Shown here piece by piece: positions 21,801 to 30,934 of a stretch of DNA of 61,499 nt (positions are counted from its first letter, which is position 1; the number at the start of each line of letters is the position of its first letter). Under the pieces are notes generated by a model, which made no database searches, was not told the DNA's origin, and was given only the letters and a program-made list of their open reading frames with translations. The DNA is from an uncultured Candidatus Peribacteria bacterium (lineage in GTDB: Bacteria; Patescibacteriota; Gracilibacteria; Peribacterales; Peribacteraceae), in contig CAZDRX010000002.1 of the NCBI GenBank assembly GCA_964508225.1, positions 9,592 through 71,090 on the forward strand, written 5' to 3'. A program made the translations under genes and the position numbers.

Positions 21801-24800
21801 ACCGACGCGCAGGATCCGGGTTGTGCAAACCCGCAGGATAATTCCGAGAAGAACCCGAGCGGCCCCCAGTGTGACAACGGCATCGACGACGACGGCGACA
21901 CGAAGGTCGACTTCCCGCAGGACACCGGTTGCAGCGGTCCGACCGACACGACCGAGAAAAATCCGCAGTGCTCCGACGGCATCGACAACGACGCCGACGG
22001 CGTGGATGACTCGGAAGACGCCAGCTGTCACACGGACCTCAATGTCTCCAATGGTGCGAGTTACGACCCGAACCACAACGACGAGCTGAACCCGAAGACA
22101 CAGTGTCAGGACGGCCTCGACAATGACGGTGACGGCCTTCTCGACCTTCAGGATCCGGGATGCAGCGGCAAGCAGGACAACGACGAGAGGAATCCGAACG
22201 GTCCCCAGTGTGACAACGGCATCGACGATGACAACGACGGCCGTGTCGACTTCCCGCAGGACACCGGCTGCACCAGTCCGACCGACACCAGCGAACTCAA
22301 CATGCAGTGCAACGACGGTCAGGACAATGACAACGACGGTGCGATCGACGCGGCCGATGCGTCCTGCCACACGGATTTGAACCCGGCCAATCAGGCTTCG
22401 TACCAGCCGACTGACAACGATGAGCTGAACCCGAAGACGCAATGTCAGGACGGTCTCGACAATGACGGCGACACCTTCATTGATGCCCAAGACCCCTCGT
22501 GCAGCGGTAATCAGGACAACACCGAGAGTCCCTTCGATCAGCCGAGCATCTCACTCTCGAGTGTCAGCATCAACGGCTGCAACGTCACGGTGAATTACGT
22601 GAAGCAGTTCCAGACGTGCGCACACCTCATCACCACGCAGGGCAGTCAGATCCTGCACACGCAGAATATCTTCTGCAACATGTCGGGTTCGGTCACGAGC
22701 CAGATCTCCGAATTCATCGTTCCGCCCTTTGCATCCGGTCTGAGCGTCAAGCTCTGTAACGGCAACAACTATAATGATTGCAGCGCACCGGTCACCGTGT
22801 CCGGCGGCGGTACGTGTAACCCGTCTGTGCAGTGCAGCGACGGCCTCGACAACGACGCCGACGGTGCCGTGGACTCCGCGGACGCCAGCTGTCACTCCGA
22901 TCTGAATCCCGCCAATGCGAACTCGTACCAGCCAAACGACAACGATGAGCTGAACCCCAAGACTCAGTGTCAGGACGGCCTCGACAATGACGGTGACGGC
23001 CTTTCCGACACACAGGATCCGGGTTGTGCAAACCCGCAGGATAACTCCGAGAAAAATCCGAGCGGCGCGCAGTGCGACAACGGCATCGACGATGACAATG
23101 ACGGCAAAACCGACTTCCCGCAGGATCCGGGCTGCAGCGGCCCCACGGACACATCCGAGACGGATCCGGTCGCGCAGGCTGACCTCTTCATTGTGAAGAG
23201 CGGCCCGAACCAGATCACGCGGGGCAGCGTCATCGCGTACACCGTGACCGCGTACAACCTCGGCCCGAATACAGCGCAGGGTGTCACGATCAACGATCCG
23301 ATCCCGGCAGGCCTCACGTTCAACGCCGGTCTCTCCGATCCTTCGTGTGTCCAGAACGGTAACAACATTCTCTGCAACAACACGACGCTCGCCATGAACC
23401 AGAACAAGACGGTCGCCATCGCGTTCAATGTGCCTACGATCCCGAACTGCACGCAGGGAAGCCTCCAGAACATTGCGACGGTTTCCGCTTCCACGACGGA
23501 TCCGAACTCCGCCAATAACCAGTCCCAGCCCGTTATCACGACGGTTCTGTGTCCCACGGTCTCCATCTGTTCCGACGGTCTCGACAACGACCACGACGGA
23601 CTCATCGACCTTCAGGATCCGGGCTGCGCCAACAATCCGAATGATCCGAACGAGGGTGACGGACCGGCCGATCTTCAGATCTCCATGACCGGTCCCGCCA
23701 CCGTCGACGGCAATCAGAACGCGACGTACACCGTGACCGTGAAGAACAACGGTCCGGACGCCGCCACAACTCCGTTCTCCTTCCGCGATCCGATCCCCGC
23801 CGGTGTCACGTTCGTTCCGGGCAGCTCATCTCCGAACTGCGCCGTGAGCGGTAGCGACGTCGTCTGCAGCGGCATCACGCTGAGCGTCGGTCAGCAGATC
23901 ACGTACACCGTCACGTTCAACGCGCCCGTTCCGGTCGCGTCCGAGCCTTCCTTCCTCCAGCGTCTCTTCGGTGTCGAATCGGCGCTTGCGGCAACGTGCG
24001 GCGGCTCCTTCCAGAATCAGGTCTTCCTGAACCCCGCACAGCCTGATCCGAACTCGGGCAACAACCAGAGCTCATCCATCACGACGACGGTGACGTGTCA
24101 GCCGCAGCCTCCGCAGTTCACACTCACGAAGCTCACGTCCAATGAGATCCAGGCCAACGAAGTGCTGACCTACATCATCACGGCCACGAATACCGGCAAC
24201 TCCGCGCAGAACAATATCCGCATCGCGGATCTGATTCCCGCCGGACTCACATTTACCACGAACGGCTCGACGGCCGGATGTGTCCAGCAGGGGACATCGG
24301 TCTTCTGTCCCGCACAGACGTTCCAGCCCGGACAGAGCGTGTCCTTCACGCTCAAGTTCACGGCGAACGCGAACAACCCCTGTGACATGGATATCGTGAA
24401 TACGGCGTCCATCCAGCAGAACACCGTCACCTTCGGTCAGAGCAACCAGACGCACACGCACTTCTACTGCACGACCCCGAAGCTGGACATCAACAAGTCC
24501 GCTCCGCCGGTCAGTACCGCGGGAGGCACGGTCACGTACACGTACACGCTCAAGAACACGAGTACGACGCAGACCGCGATCGACGTGCACGTCTTCGACT
24601 TCTACATCGATCCTCTCGCGAACCATATCCCTTCGCCGTTCACGTTCGTCTCGTCCTCCCTCGGAGGAGCCTGTTCCTACGATGCCCCGAACGACCGTGT
24701 GAACTGCGATCTCGGCAACCTTGCGCCGAACCAGCTGGTTACCTTCACGCTCACGTTCAGCATCCCGAACAACCCCGTCCTCTGTAACACGACCATCATC

Positions 24801-27800
24801 AATCAGGTCGACGCATGGCCCGGAACCGACATCGACAACGCCGACTGGGACAAAGCCCAGACGCTCGTGCAGTGTCCGGTGCAGAACACGGATGTCTCCG
24901 TGGTGAAGACGGGTCCGGCAACGCTCAGCAATGACGCCGCCGTCGCCGTCTCGTACAAGCTCGTGGTGAAGAACAACACGGCCAACCCTGCTGCCAACGT
25001 CATCGTCTCCGATACCGTTCCCGCCGGTCTCACGATCACATCGGCCACCGCTCCGTGCGTCATCGCCGGCAACACTGTGACGTGCAACCTCGGCACACTC
25101 GCCGGAAACGCCACGACGAATCTCTGGATCTACACCACCGCTCCGGTGCGTGCGTACTGCTCCCAGACTATCGCCAACACGGGCACCGTAACCACGACCA
25201 CGACGGACACGAACCCGCAGAACAACACGTCCACGATCCAGACGGCGTTCACCTGCACGCAGCAGCACGCCCAGCTCTACATCACGAAGGATGTCGCAGC
25301 CACGACGGTCGCCGGACAGAACGTCACCTACTACTACACGCTCCAGAACACGAGCAGCTTCACCGCGAACGGCGTCAACGTGTACGACTACTACGTCGAT
25401 ACGGGTCTGAACCAGATCCCGCTTCCGTTCACGTTCGTCTCGGCGAGCGGCATCACGTGTCACGTCGATACGCCGAACAACCGCGTCGCCTGTGACCCCG
25501 TGAACCTCACGGCCGGTCAGATGATCAACTTCACGATCACGTTTCAGACGCCCACAGGTGCTCAGGTCTGTAACCAGACCTACACGAACCGCGCCGAGTC
25601 CATCGTCGGTACCGACCAGCAGACTCTCGATACGGACACGGCCGCCACACTGCTCCAGTGTCCGGCTCCGCAGTTCACCGTCGTAAAGTACGCTGATCTC
25701 CAGGTCATCTACCCCGGTGACACCATCACGTACTCGATCGTCACCACGAATGCCGGCACGCAGTCGCAGACGAGCGTTCGCATCGCCGACAATATTCCGG
25801 CCAACATGACGTTCGTGCCGACCGGTTCCACCGCAGGCTGCAGTGTGCAGGGAACAGCAGTCTTCTGCCCCGCCCAGACCTACACGGCCGGTCAGACCAC
25901 GACTACGACGCTCAAGTTCCAGCTTGCCGGAAACGCTCCGTGCGGCGGCAACTACCTCGTCGACAACGTCGCCGATGTCCAGCAGAACTCGGTCTCGCTC
26001 GTCTCGAGCAACCATGTCACGACGCCGATCGCCTGTGTCAGCGCACCGCAGTTCACCCTGACCAAGATCGGCCCGACGGTCGTCTCGCCCGGTGAGCTCA
26101 TGACGTACATCATCACCGCCACGAACATCGGTTCCACTGCCCAGAGCGGTATCGCCGTCTACGATGACGTTCCCGCAGGCACGACGTTCGAACCGAACGG
26201 TTCCACCGCGGGCTGCACGCTCATCGGCGGCGATCACGTGTACTGCGCCCAGCAGACCTACCAGCCCGGTCAGGTCGCCACCTTCACTCTCAAGTTCCGC
26301 GCCAACCAGAATGTCGCCTGTAATGCCATCATCCTGAACGAGGCCGAGCTCGCGCAGAACGGTAACGACTTCCTCTATTCGAATGAGGTCCAGACGCCCG
26401 TGACCTGCGCTTCGCCCAAGCTTGATATCACGAAGTCCGCTCCGCCTGTGAGTCAGGCCGGCGGCACCGTGACGTACACCTTTACGCTGCGCAACACGAA
26501 TGCAACCGTGACCGCCATCGACGTGAACACGTACGACTTCTTCATCGACGCCCTCGCGAACCAGATCCCGTCGCCGTTCACGTTCCTCTCGAGCTCGCTC
26601 GGAGGCGGCGCCTGTGTCTACGATCCGCAGATGGACCGCACGGTCTGTTCCATCGGTGACATGGCACCGAATCAGGTGATCACATTCACGATGACCTACA
26701 GCATTCCGAACACGCAGCAGATCTGTAACCAGACGGTCATCAATCAGGTCGATGCCTGGCCGGGTGCCGATGATCTGAACGCCGACTGGGACAAAGCCCA
26801 GACGACCGTCCAGTGTGCTCCGCAGGGTGCTGACCTCTCGATCCTCAAGTCCGGACCTTCGTCCGTGACGAAGGGCGGCAATGTCGTCTACACCCTCACG
26901 GTGAATAACCTCGGTCCTGCCACCGCCACGAACGTCGTGACGCACGACCAGATCCCGCAGGGTATGACCTTCGTCTCCGCATCCGGTCCCGCCTCCTGCG
27001 TACTCGCCAATAACAGCACGGAAGTCGCCTGTACGATCGGCAGCGTGACGGCAGGAACACCCGTTGTTCTCCAGTTGACGTTTGCCACCCAGCCCGCCGC
27101 ACCGAGTTGTGTCCCGTCCAGCGTCACGAACGTCGCTACGGTCACGGCTTCCACGACGGATCCGGTGATGACGAACAACCAGAGTCAGGTGGTGACCCAG
27201 CTCACGTGTCCGCTCCCGACGACCGCTGATCTCGCGATCGTGAAGACCGGTCCGGCCTCCGTGATCCGCGGCAATACGATCAGCTACTCCATCGTTGTCA
27301 GTAACTCCGGTCCGGCCACCTCTACGGGTGTCACGGTCACGGATGTCCTCCCTGCAGGTCTCCAGAACATCCAGATCTCGGGTGGGAACTGTGCGGTCAC
27401 CGGCAACGGTTCACAGGCCAGCTGCAGCATCCCGTCCATTGCAGCAGGAGCCTCCGTGACGATCACGCTCACGGCTACGGTCCCGACGATCCAGAACTGT
27501 ACGCCGACGGCGATCACGAACACCGCGAACGTCACGTCGGTCACGACGGATCCGAATGCGGGCAACAACCAGAGCCTCGTCGTCACCACGCTCAGCTGTC
27601 CGGCTGACACGAGCGCCGATGTCGGTGTCCTCAAGTTCGGCCAGACCTCCGTCGTCCGCGGCAATACGGTGACGTACTCCATCCTCGCCACGAACTACGG
27701 TCCGGGTACCGCGCAGAACATTACGATCACCGATCCGCTACCGCAGGGCTTCACCTTCGTCTCGGCCTCCGGTGTCCCGTGTGTCTCCCAGAACGGCAAT

Positions 27801-29483
27801 CTCACCTGCACCATCGCCTCGCTCCCGTCGGGACAGTCGAGTCCGGTGATCACCGCCACGTACAGCGTGCCCACGATCCCGAACTGCACGCAGACGACCG
27901 TGACGAACACCGCGACGGTTACGACCACGAGCACCGATCCGAACGCCGGCAACAACCAGAGCCAGGTACAGACCGCGGTGACCTGCCAGGCTCCCGCTCA
28001 GGCTGATCTCTTCGTCAACAAGACCGGCCCCGCCTCCGTTCAGTACGGTGCCAACGTCGTCTACACCGTGACAGCCACGAATGCAGGCCCGTCCTCCGCG
28101 TCGGGTGTGACGGTCTCGGACACGATTCCGCTCGGACTGACCTACGTCTCCGTCTCGGGTGCGACGTGCACCCTCGCGCTCCCGTCCGGCAACAATCCCA
28201 CGAACAACGGTTTCCTCTCCTGTGATGTCGGCACGCTTGCGTCCGGCGGCTCCAAGAGCTTCACGCTCACGTTCTCCACCGTCGCCGCCCAGACCTGCAC
28301 GCCGACGACCGTCACGAATCTCGTGAACATCAGCGAGAATGATGCCAACGTCACGGATCCGAACGCCGCGAACAACCAGAGTCAGGCAGTGACCAACCTC
28401 ACGTGCGCCTCCGTGAACGCCGACGTGGCGATCGCGAAGACCGGCCCGACATCGGTTCAGCGCGGTTCCACGCTCACGTACACGCTCACGGCCACGAACA
28501 ACGGTCCGGCCTCGGCCAGCAACGTGATCATCAAGGATCCGTACAACACGACCGAGCTCACCTTCTCTTCCGCCACCGGCGCCACGTGCTCCGTCGTCGG
28601 ATCGGAAGTCCAGTGCACGCTCGGTACGCTCACCTCCGGCCAGACGGTCACGGTTTCTCTCGTCTTCAACGTGAAGACCGTCACAGGCACGTGCTCGCAG
28701 ACCTCGATCCAGAACACCGCCACGATCACGACGGGTTCCACGGACACGGTCACGAGCAACAACACGAGCCAGACCATCACGACCACGCTCACGTGTAGCG
28801 GCGGTACCGTGAACGACATCTCGGTCACGAAGACCGACAACCGCACCACGGCGAACGTCGGTGAGACGCTCCGTTACAGCATCATCCTCACGAACTCGAG
28901 TTCGCAGGTCGTGAACAGTCTCCTCGTGACCGATACGGTTCCGTACGGTCTCACGATCCTCACCGTCTCCGACGGCGGTACGATTAGCAGTCAGCAGGTC
29001 CGTTGGACGGACATCTCTGTTCCCGCCAATTCCAGCCGCACCCTGTACATCGATGTGCAGGTGAGCAGCAGCAACACGAACAACACGGTGCTCCGGAATA
29101 CGGTCGACGTGAACGGCAAGCAGGCGACCGACGAGACGACGGTGTACGTGAACAACACGAATCCGCCGCCGCCGTACTACCCGCCGTACACACCTCCTCC
29201 GTACTACCCGCCGAACCCGCCTCCTCCGTACTATCCTCCGGTTTACAATCCTCCGACCACGGTTCCGCCGGTCTACTACCCGACGCAGCCCGTATACCCG
29301 CAGACGGGTACGAAGGACGGACAGCTCTACGCGCCGGCCACCGACAATGCATCACTCACGAAGGTGAAGGCTCCGGCCACCGCGGATGACAACGGATTCT
29401 CCGCCGTCTTCTACGCCACGATGCTCGCGATGTTCGCTGCCGGATCGGCGATCGCCAGCAGGCTCCTCGCGGGAAGCCTCTAA
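18897..29483 (+). CDS. Giant (3528 aa) secreted cell-surface protein: signal peptide, two novel Cys domains, about 24 Cys/Asp-rich Ca-binding-type repeats, a long DUF11 array, a Pro/Tyr-rich stalk, PQTG and a C-terminal TM anchor
   Basis: Single uninterrupted ORF (start GTG 18897 or ATG 18903). N-terminal signal FSAVALAAVLITQVNLG. I counted 24 C-x-(D/N)-G-x-D-(N/D)-D-x-D-(G/T) motifs, plus many ADLxIxKTGP...TYTxTVxNxGP...DxxPxGLTFVS units (DUF11/TIGR01451 pattern). Confidence 0.9.
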   Translation: MSMEFKKHFSAVALAAVLITQVNLGTIPSFEPLVQKTEAATESFTFGSDGAIRDYVNSLGSGLTPVQIVVNGDDAGGVDSDGATKQKICELKGYPQVVSHTTKSYASCGDNVIAFWNGSQFVWSHHNACARGNDRLNSLTCRRTIPNCQDGVDNDSDGAVDGADFSCQQNPNGDESGPKAQCQDGGDNDGDTYIDALIETNLGGNGNSQDFNQSQLVSFLNGLPPSLMPQPIVAGGTPNADQSTANKICDLAGYTTATITNVGHWASCHDNENVYWNGSQFVWEVDNACQKGNNNLDGLRCTGSRAQCRNGIDDDGDGKVDMADTGCASSNDTSEKQHDPSCSNPQDNDESPNDRKQCNDGVDNDADGKVDMADNGCTSPTDNTERNTVDLSIAFTSVPQTVQKGGPVNYSIFVANGGPDIANNVVFKMPIPVGLTYVPGTSYDRCVQQGTQIVCTNVDINPGQSGTHPINFTASLTLACNAQLQTSFNITSADTDSNPANNQTQNVTSTVVCAQCSDGTDNDNDGATDAADASCHSDLNPANAASYQPTKNDETNPKTACQDGLDNDGDGLTDLLDPGCSGKQDNSEKNPGGPQCDNGIDDDNDGRVDFPQDLGCSGPTDTSELNMQCSDGQDNDNDGAIDAADASCHTDLNPANQASYQPNDNDEANPKTQCQDGVDNDNDGLKDLQDPGCTDPQDNTENSEPAPNVDIMINGSNGPITVLAGTTLNIAWSSTGVQRCNTGTSNMPGWTSNQTLPVNGNAQFTATVSGTYGIQCSKTQTSNFVVQDAVAVVVTPAQCSDGTDNDADGAVDSADASCHSDLNPANAASYQPTKNDETNPKTQCQDGLDNDGDGLSDLQDPGCSGKQDNSEKNPNGAQCDNGIDDDNDGRVDFPQDTGCTSPTDTSELNMQCSDGQDNDNDGAIDAADASCHTDLNPANAASYDPNDNDELNPKTQCQDGLDNDGDGYTDAQDPGCANPQDNSEKNPSGPQCDNGIDDDGDTKVDFPQDTGCSGPTDTTEKNPQCSDGIDNDADGVDDSEDASCHTDLNVSNGASYDPNHNDELNPKTQCQDGLDNDGDGLLDLQDPGCSGKQDNDERNPNGPQCDNGIDDDNDGRVDFPQDTGCTSPTDTSELNMQCNDGQDNDNDGAIDAADASCHTDLNPANQASYQPTDNDELNPKTQCQDGLDNDGDTFIDAQDPSCSGNQDNTESPFDQPSISLSSVSINGCNVTVNYVKQFQTCAHLITTQGSQILHTQNIFCNMSGSVTSQISEFIVPPFASGLSVKLCNGNNYNDCSAPVTVSGGGTCNPSVQCSDGLDNDADGAVDSADASCHSDLNPANANSYQPNDNDELNPKTQCQDGLDNDGDGLSDTQDPGCANPQDNSEKNPSGAQCDNGIDDDNDGKTDFPQDPGCSGPTDTSETDPVAQADLFIVKSGPNQITRGSVIAYTVTAYNLGPNTAQGVTINDPIPAGLTFNAGLSDPSCVQNGNNILCNNTTLAMNQNKTVAIAFNVPTIPNCTQGSLQNIATVSASTTDPNSANNQSQPVITTVLCPTVSICSDGLDNDHDGLIDLQDPGCANNPNDPNEGDGPADLQISMTGPATVDGNQNATYTVTVKNNGPDAATTPFSFRDPIPAGVTFVPGSSSPNCAVSGSDVVCSGITLSVGQQITYTVTFNAPVPVASEPSFLQRLFGVESALAATCGGSFQNQVFLNPAQPDPNSGNNQSSSITTTVTCQPQPPQFTLTKLTSNEIQANEVLTYIITATNTGNSAQNNIRIADLIPAGLTFTTNGSTAGCVQQGTSVFCPAQTFQPGQSVSFTLKFTANANNPCDMDIVNTASIQQNTVTFGQSNQTHTHFYCTTPKLDINKSAPPVSTAGGTVTYTYTLKNTSTTQTAIDVHVFDFYIDPLANHIPSPFTFVSSSLGGACSYDAPNDRVNCDLGNLAPNQLVTFTLTFSIPNNPVLCNTTIINQVDAWPGTDIDNADWDKAQTLVQCPVQNTDVSVVKTGPATLSNDAAVAVSYKLVVKNNTANPAANVIVSDTVPAGLTITSATAPCVIAGNTVTCNLGTLAGNATTNLWIYTTAPVRAYCSQTIANTGTVTTTTTDTNPQNNTSTIQTAFTCTQQHAQLYITKDVAATTVAGQNVTYYYTLQNTSSFTANGVNVYDYYVDTGLNQIPLPFTFVSASGITCHVDTPNNRVACDPVNLTAGQMINFTITFQTPTGAQVCNQTYTNRAESIVGTDQQTLDTDTAATLLQCPAPQFTVVKYADLQVIYPGDTITYSIVTTNAGTQSQTSVRIADNIPANMTFVPTGSTAGCSVQGTAVFCPAQTYTAGQTTTTTLKFQLAGNAPCGGNYLVDNVADVQQNSVSLVSSNHVTTPIACVSAPQFTLTKIGPTVVSPGELMTYIITATNIGSTAQSGIAVYDDVPAGTTFEPNGSTAGCTLIGGDHVYCAQQTYQPGQVATFTLKFRANQNVACNAIILNEAELAQNGNDFLYSNEVQTPVTCASPKLDITKSAPPVSQAGGTVTYTFTLRNTNATVTAIDVNTYDFFIDALANQIPSPFTFLSSSLGGGACVYDPQMDRTVCSIGDMAPNQVITFTMTYSIPNTQQICNQTVINQVDAWPGADDLNADWDKAQTTVQCAPQGADLSILKSGPSSVTKGGNVVYTLTVNNLGPATATNVVTHDQIPQGMTFVSASGPASCVLANNSTEVACTIGSVTAGTPVVLQLTFATQPAAPSCVPSSVTNVATVTASTTDPVMTNNQSQVVTQLTCPLPTTADLAIVKTGPASVIRGNTISYSIVVSNSGPATSTGVTVTDVLPAGLQNIQISGGNCAVTGNGSQASCSIPSIAAGASVTITLTATVPTIQNCTPTAITNTANVTSVTTDPNAGNNQSLVVTTLSCPADTSADVGVLKFGQTSVVRGNTVTYSILATNYGPGTAQNITITDPLPQGFTFVSASGVPCVSQNGNLTCTIASLPSGQSSPVITATYSVPTIPNCTQTTVTNTATVTTTSTDPNAGNNQSQVQTAVTCQAPAQADLFVNKTGPASVQYGANVVYTVTATNAGPSSASGVTVSDTIPLGLTYVSVSGATCTLALPSGNNPTNNGFLSCDVGTLASGGSKSFTLTFSTVAAQTCTPTTVTNLVNISENDANVTDPNAANNQSQAVTNLTCASVNADVAIAKTGPTSVQRGSTLTYTLTATNNGPASASNVIIKDPYNTTELTFSSATGATCSVVGSEVQCTLGTLTSGQTVTVSLVFNVKTVTGTCSQTSIQNTATITTGSTDTVTSNNTSQTITTTLTCSGGTVNDISVTKTDNRTTANVGETLRYSIILTNSSSQVVNSLLVTDTVPYGLTILTVSDGGTISSQQVRWTDISVPANSSRTLYIDVQVSSSNTNNTVLRNTVDVNGKQATDETTVYVNNTNPPPPYYPPYTPPPYYPPNPPPPYYPPVYNPPTTVPPVYYPTQPVYPQTGTKDGQLYAPATDNASLTKVKAPATADDNGFSAVFYATMLAMFAAGSAIASRLLAGSL
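19330..23650 (+). repeat. Intragenic array of Cys/Asp-rich (thrombospondin-type-3 / MopE-like) repeats, including roughly 0.85-kb near-identical DNA super-modules
   Basis: Super-modules start at about 20442, 21291 and 22833. Long near-identical stretches exist, for example gacggtgccgtggactccgcggacgc..agctg.cac at about 21318 and about 22860. Confidence 0.85.
23170..29150 (+). repeat. Intragenic DUF11-domain array with duplicated two-domain super-repeats
   Basis: 24111-24877 and 26046-26819 encode closely similar roughly 255-aa blocks (PQFTLTK...DKAQT.VQC). Related half-blocks lie at about 25270-26045. Confidence 0.8.
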
Positions 29484-29509
29484 TCCCACCGAAATCCAGA
29501 CGACAGATG

Positions 29510-29533
29510 GACCCCTCTCGGGGTCTATTTGTT
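29510..29533 (+). terminator. Intrinsic terminator after the giant gene
   Basis: GACCCC-TCTC-GGGGTC followed by TATTTGTT. Confidence 0.6.
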
Positions 29534-29547
29534 AAATATATAAAATA

Positions 29548-29556
29548 TGTTATAAT
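29548..29556 (+). promoter_or_regulatory. Extended -10 promoter (TGTTATAAT) for the VanW-like gene
   Basis: Perfect TATAAT 29551-29556 with a TG at -15/-14, in a very AT-rich gap about 22 nt upstream of ATG 29579. Confidence 0.5.
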
Positions 29557-29578
29557 ATACATTAAGATACACACCCAC

Positions 29579-30934
29579 ATGAGACTCTCCGGATCGCATC
29601 TTCGGCACACCCTCGCGGTCACGTTTCTCGGACTCACCGGAATGTTCATGTTCCAGCTTTCCGAACTCTCGCAGCCGCCCGCACGCGCGGAGGTACCGGT
29701 TCGTGCTGTGCCTGTGCACCAGAAGGTCGCCCTCATTCTTCCCGCGAAGAACGAACTCAAGCCGGCGGCCATCGCATCGGCTCTTCAGCGCAGGGACGAG
29801 CTCCTGACGAGGACAGTGACCGTGGACTTCACCGATGCTGCGGGTGCCAAGGTAGGGAATTGGAAGATCGTGATGGCGGATCATCCGCTCTGGATTCTCT
29901 TCCAGCGTGATGCCGGAGGCATCGTCTCCATCGACCGCGAACGCGTGAAGCAGGAGCTCATCAGCTATCCGCCCGAGGGCATTCCGGCGCCGCAGCAGTG
30001 CACGCTCACCTCGAGCGAGACCGATCCGCAGGGTGTCATCCGCGTGAAGACCGACTGCATCGCGAAGAGCGGATACACCTACGATGCGGAGAAAGCTGCC
30101 GCCGCCGCAGCGGACGCGGTCGAGAGCGGTCAGGAAACCGCAGTCATCGTACTGACGAGCGTGCCCGCCACCATCATCGATCCCGCCGCACCCGACAAGC
30201 CGATGCAACTGCTCTCCACCGGACGCTCCACGTTCACGGGTTCCGGCTACGGCCGCAAGCAGAACGTGCGTAAGGCGATCAACGAGCGCGAGCACAACGT
30301 CTACGTTCCTGCGGATGCCGTCTTCGCTTTCAATGACACACTTGGCAAGGTGACGGTGGGCAACGGCTGGCAGATGGCACTCACAATCTTCGAGGGCGTG
30401 AATCTGCGTCCGGCTCCCGGCGGCGGTATCTGTCAGGCCTCGACGACGGTGTACCGTGCCGCGCTCAATGCGGGGCTCCCGATCCTCGAGCAGAAGAGTC
30501 ACAGTCTCTACGTCACGTACTACGAGCCGCACGGAGTCGGACTGGACGCCACGATCTTCCCCGGCCTGCAGGATTTCAAGTACAAGAACGACACGGGCGC
30601 TCCACTGCTTGTGCAGGCATACACGGAAGGGGATGAGGTGACGGTGAATATCTTCGGCACGGATGATCAGCGCACGGTGACACTCGCTGGACCGTACTTC
30701 GCGGGAACCGGCCCCGAGGATCTCACGGTGAAGGGTAAGAAGATCGGCGCGAACCAGATCGTCTGGACGCGTACGGTGGAGAAGGAGGGAGCCGAGACTC
30801 TCCGTGAAGTCATTTCCGCCAAGTACACCGCCATTCCGCGTTCCCTCCCGAAGAAGTGGGCAGCCACGACGGTCGTGACACGTGGAGACACGATGAAGAC
30901 CGCGAAGCTCGAGGTTATCGCTGCGGACCGTTAG
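29579..30934 (+). CDS. VanW-family protein
   Basis: Start chosen at MRLSGSHLRH (an N-terminal TM/signal follows). The C-terminal GGGICQASTTVYRAALNAGLPILEQKSHS is a VanW-domain signature. Confidence 0.7.
   Translation: MRLSGSHLRHTLAVTFLGLTGMFMFQLSELSQPPARAEVPVRAVPVHQKVALILPAKNELKPAAIASALQRRDELLTRTVTVDFTDAAGAKVGNWKIVMADHPLWILFQRDAGGIVSIDRERVKQELISYPPEGIPAPQQCTLTSSETDPQGVIRVKTDCIAKSGYTYDAEKAAAAAADAVESGQETAVIVLTSVPATIIDPAAPDKPMQLLSTGRSTFTGSGYGRKQNVRKAINEREHNVYVPADAVFAFNDTLGKVTVGNGWQMALTIFEGVNLRPAPGGGICQASTTVYRAALNAGLPILEQKSHSLYVTYYEPHGVGLDATIFPGLQDFKYKNDTGAPLLVQAYTEGDEVTVNIFGTDDQRTVTLAGPYFAGTGPEDLTVKGKKIGANQIVWTRTVEKEGAETLREVISAKYTAIPRSLPKKWAATTVVTRGDTMKTAKLEVIAADR

Noticed and set aside
19330-23650. 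Highly regular short DNA repeats that could be mistaken for a CRISPR array or satellite
   Set aside because: The repeats are in frame within a continuous ORF and encode Cys/Asp-rich protein modules. There is no repeat-spacer organisation and there are no cas genes.
19806-26945. Very long antisense ORFs (894 aa at 19806-22490; 347 aa at 22551-23594; 957 aa at 24072-26945) inside the giant gene
   Set aside because: The plus-strand frame encodes recognisable repeated domains with a signal peptide and an anchor. The antisense translations are repetitive Arg/Val/Gly-rich strings created by the repeat and GC bias.
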